NCBI RefSeq assembly: GCF_001194135.2
Contig: NC_069004.1
Span: forward strand, 12,910,618-12,949,096
DNA: 38,479 bases
Direction: 5' to 3'
Source: Octopus bimaculoides
Taxonomy: Eukaryota
The notes under the pieces were generated by a model. The model did not search any database and had not been told where the DNA came from. It was given only the letters and a program-made list of their open reading frames with translations. The position numbers and the translations under genes are program-made. Positions 34,259 through 38,479 of this stretch are shown in pieces; position 1 is the first letter of the stretch, and the number at the start of each line of letters is the position of its first letter.

Positions 34259-34400
34259 AAAATTTAAGGTGCTCAGAAATCTGGATGGTTGTACATTTAC
34301 AGATTTTTATTAATATGTCACATGTTTTATAAAACATGTGACATATTAATAAAAATCTGTAAATGTACAACCATCCAGATTTCTGAGCACCTTAAATTTT
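34259..34400. repeat. Perfect 142-bp palindrome (71-bp arms, no spacer) running into an N-gap
   Basis: Symmetric about 34329/34330 (catgtttta|taaaacatg); no mismatch found. Confidence 0.9.
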
Positions 34401-34560
34401 TTTCTAATATACAATTCCCGTACATCACCTCCAAACCTTCCAATATATATTTATATATACAAAAATTAAAAGGAAATGGAGATTTACAATTGACATATTT
34501 TAAATATAATTTATTAACATAATATTATATTACAATTATAATATAATATGAATAGAAATA

Positions 34561-34657
34561 CAAATATTAATCCTACGAATTGTTTCGATTCAAACCCAAT
34601 AATGCATTTATAAAAAATTCATACTTATGGGTATGAATCTCATCAGGGAAATATTTG
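34561..34657 (-). ncRNA. Type I hammerhead ribozyme, intact core; predicted GUA cleavage between 34574 and 34573
   Basis: Minus strand reads caaatatt-tcc CTGATGA gattcataccc [31 nt] gggtttgaatc GAAA c-aattc-g TA gga-tt-aatatttg. Stem I is TCC/GGA plus CAAATATT/AATATTTG. Stem II has 10 of 11 positions paired with a G-C closing pair. Stem III is minimal. Confidence 0.85.
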
Positions 34658-34950
34658 ACAAAATTAGACAAAATTACATTTAAGGATTGTTAATTCCTAG
34701 AGTAGACTGAATTAAATACATCTGTAAGCGTGAACATCAATAATTTAAAAATAAAAAATTCAAAGAAATAAAATAAGTAAAAACTAGTATAACAGTCATA
34801 AAATAGTCTTGTGCACTTTTAATAATACTAATCTAAAAATATTTCTGCCCATTATTTTTTCTATAGAATATCTAAATAATATGCTATTGGGTTTAATCAA
34901 TAGAGTCTATTGATAAAACCCAATCTATAAACATGTAACTCTTTCTACTC

Positions 34951-35071
34951 AAGCCCTGATGAGATTCTACCCAATATTATTCAAAATGCTATTTTATTAT
35001 TATCATTGGATTTATTCCAGTCTTTGAATTTGCAATTATATATTGGATTTAATTGAAATGTGCGTAGGCTT
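34951..35071 (+). ncRNA. Type I hammerhead ribozyme, partly decayed; predicted GUA cleavage between 35066 and 35067
   Basis: aagcc CTGATGA gattctacccaatat [long loop] atattggatttaatt GAAA t-gtgc-g TA ggctt. Stem I AAGCC/GGCTT is perfect. Stem II is closed by G.U and stem III by U.G. Confidence 0.7.
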
Positions 35072-35148
35072 TTTTGACTTTATTTTTGGTAGTATGTTAA
35101 TAAATTAATTTTATATCCTTACAAACTCTCCATTCTTCTTCTTTAATC

Positions 35149-35192
<44 letters not shown>

Positions 35193-35500
35193 AAAAAATA
35201 GATATGCAGGGCAGGGAATCGTCAATTAGTAATAAAATTAATAATTAACAATTTTGCCGGGTAGCTCAGTATGTTGGAGAAGCAGGTTACTGTCAATCCC
35301 TATATATTTATGATTATATATATATATATGTATATATGTATATATGTATATATGTATATTGCTGTAGACTCTCCTGTGTAACNNNNNNNNNNTAGGCTCG
35401 AAATGTTAAAGACTTTCTCTATTCCTGAGCGTTATACTAATACATCCGTTTGTTGTTTACACCACTTGTCTTCGTCTGTTGTTTTTTCGTGAATTCTCCC

Positions 35501-35533
<33 letters not shown>

Positions 35534-35770
35534 TAGGGTGTTCAAAAAGTCTATCTGCATTGAATTTTTTACAGACTCTCCAAGATATATTTCAAAATAT
35601 GTGTAGAAGAGTCAACTTATGTATTGAAAATGAAGGATGACACTTTCAACAGCTCTTATAAAGCTTTTTAAAGTCTTGTAAAGTCTAATATATTCTTCTG
35701 TAGTCTTATACCATCTTATAAATATTTATTTTGTAATAAAATACTGCAGAGAGACTTTTAGAACACCCTG
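35534..35770. mobile_element. Tc1/mariner-superfamily deletion derivative (MITE-like, ~237 bp)
   Basis: TIR (C/T)AGGGTGTTC(A/T)AAAAGTCT(A/C)TCTGCA at both ends, right end followed by TA. Interior encodes a transposase-like tail, LQDIFQNMCRRVNLCIENEG*HFQQLL*. Confidence 0.75.
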
Positions 35771-36618
35771 TATATATATAGACAGACAGATAGATGGATG
35801 GATGGATGGCTAGATGGACAGACAGATAGATACTTGTAAGAAGGAATTCAGTATGGTTTCTGTCTAAAAGAATTTCACTCACAAGGCACAAGTGATTGTT
35901 CAGCCTAAGCCCATGGAAGACACTCGCCCAAAAGAAGCCACATAAATGGCCTTGAACCCAAAACCCCTCAGTTACAAACTGACCTGCTTACTAACCACCA
36001 CCCAACTATGCCTACTCGTATATCTGTCCTGGGGTTTCACTGGCATTTTGCCATGACCTCAGAACGACAGTCGGTTGAAATGAGGGCAAAGTAGAAAGTC
36101 AAGAATTCAGAGCTAAAAACTTCTTGTAGCAAATCTCAAGTTAAAACAGCCATATGATTGTGCAAAACAAATGAACTTATGAAAGACTTAATTCATTAGT
36201 TTTGTTGCCAGAAAATGCTAAGCTCTTCTACTCCATTCCTCTATATATCTCTCATTAATTATCCCACTCATCCACCCCCTACTCTTTTCTATCTCTCAGT
36301 AATTATCTCCCCTCCTTTCACCTCTACACTCCACAGCATCTGAAACGGTCTTTACAGTGTTTTTATTTATGCTGTTCGTGTTTATTTGCTTGTTTATGTT
36401 TTTTTTGCTAACTGACTGGGTTGGATGAGACAGTTAATGGCAGGTTCACACACATACAAGTCTACAGCAATACACACACACACACACAAACACATATATA
36501 TATACATACATACACACATTCTCACATGTACACACATTCACATACACACACCACCAACGTAAATATATATGCACATATATGTATAAACATTCACATGCAT
36601 AAACATATCCTCACATAT

Positions 36619-36752
36619 ACACACTTGTATGTGTTTGTGTGTGTATATATATATATATTACTCATATATGTATAAAAACATCTATACACACTTGTGTGTG
36701 TTTGTGTGTGTATATATATATATTACTCATATATGTATATAAACATCTATAC
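36619..36752. repeat. Tandem duplication of a ~66-bp microsatellite-rich unit
   Basis: cacacttgt.tgtgtttgtgtgtgtatata...ttactcatatatgtata.aaacatctata occurs twice. Confidence 0.7.
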
Positions 36753-37510
36753 ACACAAAATACATGCACACAACACATAGGCACAGATGTAGCTTATAGT
36801 TAAGAAGTTCACTTTCCAACCACATGGTACCTTGGGCTAGTGTCTTCTACTATAGCCCTGGGCTGCTGAAAGCCTTGTGAGCAGACATAGCTGATGGAAG
36901 CTGAAAGAAGGCCATTATATATATATATGTATGTATATTTTACAACAGAATATATTTTAGTAACCTATATTTTTTCCACTCATCATTATTTTTTGTATTT
37001 TCCAATGGCTCAAATATACACATTTGTGTGTGTTTAGATAGACAGACAGACAGATAGATAGATAGATATAGATATAAAACATTATTGCCCACACATACTT
37101 AACATATACGCCCCATGTGTTTGATGGTAGGTTGCAGTTTGGCTTGATGGTGATTACGCCATTAAAGTGCTAAAATACTTGAAAGTCATGGACAAGCAAC
37201 ACACACACACACACACATTTATATATATAATCTAAAAGTGTATGTATGTGACGGTGTGCAATGTGTGTAAATGTTTGTGCTTCTTTGCCTTAACATAATG
37301 CAACAGTTGTAAAAATGCATCACCATTCTATACAAGCATTGTCTTCCTTTTACCAATATTCTGTGAAAATATGTCCAACCATGAATAAATTATGATCTTG
37401 TTTGGAAACAGGTAAGAAATAGTAACAAGAAGGACATCTGGCTGCAAAATTTGCCACACCATATTCTGTCTGATTCATACAAACATGGAAAAGTAGACAT
37501 TAGAACAATG

Positions 37511-37543
<33 letters not shown>

Positions 37544-37695
37544 CGTGTGTGTATATATATATATATATATACATATATATAAGATGATATAAGATATATA
37601 ATGATATGTATAATCATTATACACATATATTATATATGTATAATAATGTGTATAATCATTATACACGCACACACATATATATAAGATGTATAATG

Positions 37696-37732
<37 letters not shown>

Positions 37733-38235
37733 CCTGATGATTAACTATGTTGAACATGGCTCATTGCATAACTCGCATAACTTATTACATCAAGAGCTTC
37801 AGCTAGCTAAGAAACATATGTAGCATGCATTTTACCTGTTCTACTCCTTCAATTTCAATATATGAGTATATACACACACTCATGCACATGCACACACATT
37901 TCTATAGTTGTTTCTCTTACATCCAGTTCTCCATGCTTGCATGGGTTGGATGAATAATTTGCGGTAGTGTTTTACAGCCAGATGTCATTCATGACACTCG
38001 TAATCTATTTTACTATCATGAGAGTTCCTATCCCACACAGCTTTGCTGGCACCAAGTGGCCAGATGATCTGTTGATAAGAAACATCTGATGATAATAACA
38101 CCGCCCCCTCTAACTTCCATACAAGCAGCCACAGATGTAAACAAGCATAGACACACATATATCCACCTGGCATACTTTGTGAAGTTGTTGGTATTAGGAA
38201 GGGCATCCAGCCACAGAAACCATATATATATATAT

Positions 38236-38451
38236 ATATATTATTTAAAAGAGTTCCAACTCTGTCTGTTTTTTATGTTTTATTTATATTCTTATAAAAT
38301 TAATGTAGGATATAGAATATGGAATATATAATATAAATACTATTTATATTTTATATTATATATTCCATATTCTATATCCCACATTAATTTTATAAGAATA
38401 TAAATAAAACATAAAAAACAGACAGAGTTGGAACTCTTTTAAATAATATAT
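38236..38451. repeat. Imperfect ~216-bp AT-rich palindrome (foldback/MITE-like) next to (TA)n
   Basis: Arms ttatttaaaagagttccaactctgtctg... / ...cagacagagttggaactcttttaaataa. One substitution, a 1-nt homopolymer difference and a 7-nt indel near the centre. Confidence 0.85.
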
Positions 38452-38479
38452 TCCTCTATACACTATCGTACAAACCTCT

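Larger units (their letters stand above)
34400..35140. mobile_element. Penelope-/retrozyme-like non-autonomous element: two diverged hammerhead-bearing terminal repeats back to back
   Basis: Both arms share ccctgatgagattc(a)taccca, then downstream tatgttaataaatta (AATAAA), ctccatt and a (TA)n-rich end, in inverted orientation. Minimal type I hammerheads are an established feature of Penelope pseudo-LTRs and retrozymes. Confidence 0.5.

Noticed and set aside
34400-35150. Very AT-rich stretch that first looked like a mitochondrial insertion (NUMT)
   Set aside because: No mitochondrial gene or tRNA was recognisable; the hammerhead-bearing inverted arms explain it better.
32532-38479. Searched for the GTPase's first coding exon (GxxxxGKS/T with a phase-1 donor)
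   Set aside because: No convincing candidate seen; it probably lies right of the window or in a gap.
1-38479. CRISPR array or prokaryotic operon
   Set aside because: No repeat-unique-spacer array and no gene-dense prokaryotic segment; the window is spliceosomal-intron-rich eukaryotic DNA.

Overview
AT-rich, repeat-dense eukaryotic DNA with six N-gaps. The repeat content and microsatellites look like an octopus (coleoid cephalopod) scaffold, which is my inference. Two genes are recognisable, both on the minus strand. (1) The ATG-bearing exon of a SETD4-like SET-domain methyltransferase (672-835). (2) Four coding exons of a RERG/RERGL/RASL11-12-like small GTPase (32529-32473, 24124-24051, 19670-19463, 15628-15462). 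These splice in frame with GT-AG sites to give 168 aa; the P-loop exon is not in the visible sequence. The GTPase has a non-canonical G3 motif (DTRS for DTAG) and no CaaX box. The rest is a mix of tRNA-head SINEs, (GAT)n-tailed retroposons and MITEs (hAT, piggyBac-like, Tc1/mariner, one probable Merlin). There are also decayed RTE, CR1/L2-like, CRE, Penelope, Tc1 and mariner coding remnants. The most unusual feature is a ~750-bp element upstream of the first visible GTPase exon. It carries two back-to-back type I hammerhead ribozymes on opposite strands (34561-34657 minus, core intact; 34951-35071 plus, CpG-decayed), with a hairpin between them and a perfect palindrome beside them. A second notable feature is a 28S rRNA fragment enclosed in a ~170-bp inverted repeat that abuts the 3' splice site of the G3-encoding exon. 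Gene, TSD and ribozyme coordinates were indexed base by base. SINE and LINE boundaries are approximate (roughly +/-20 bp).
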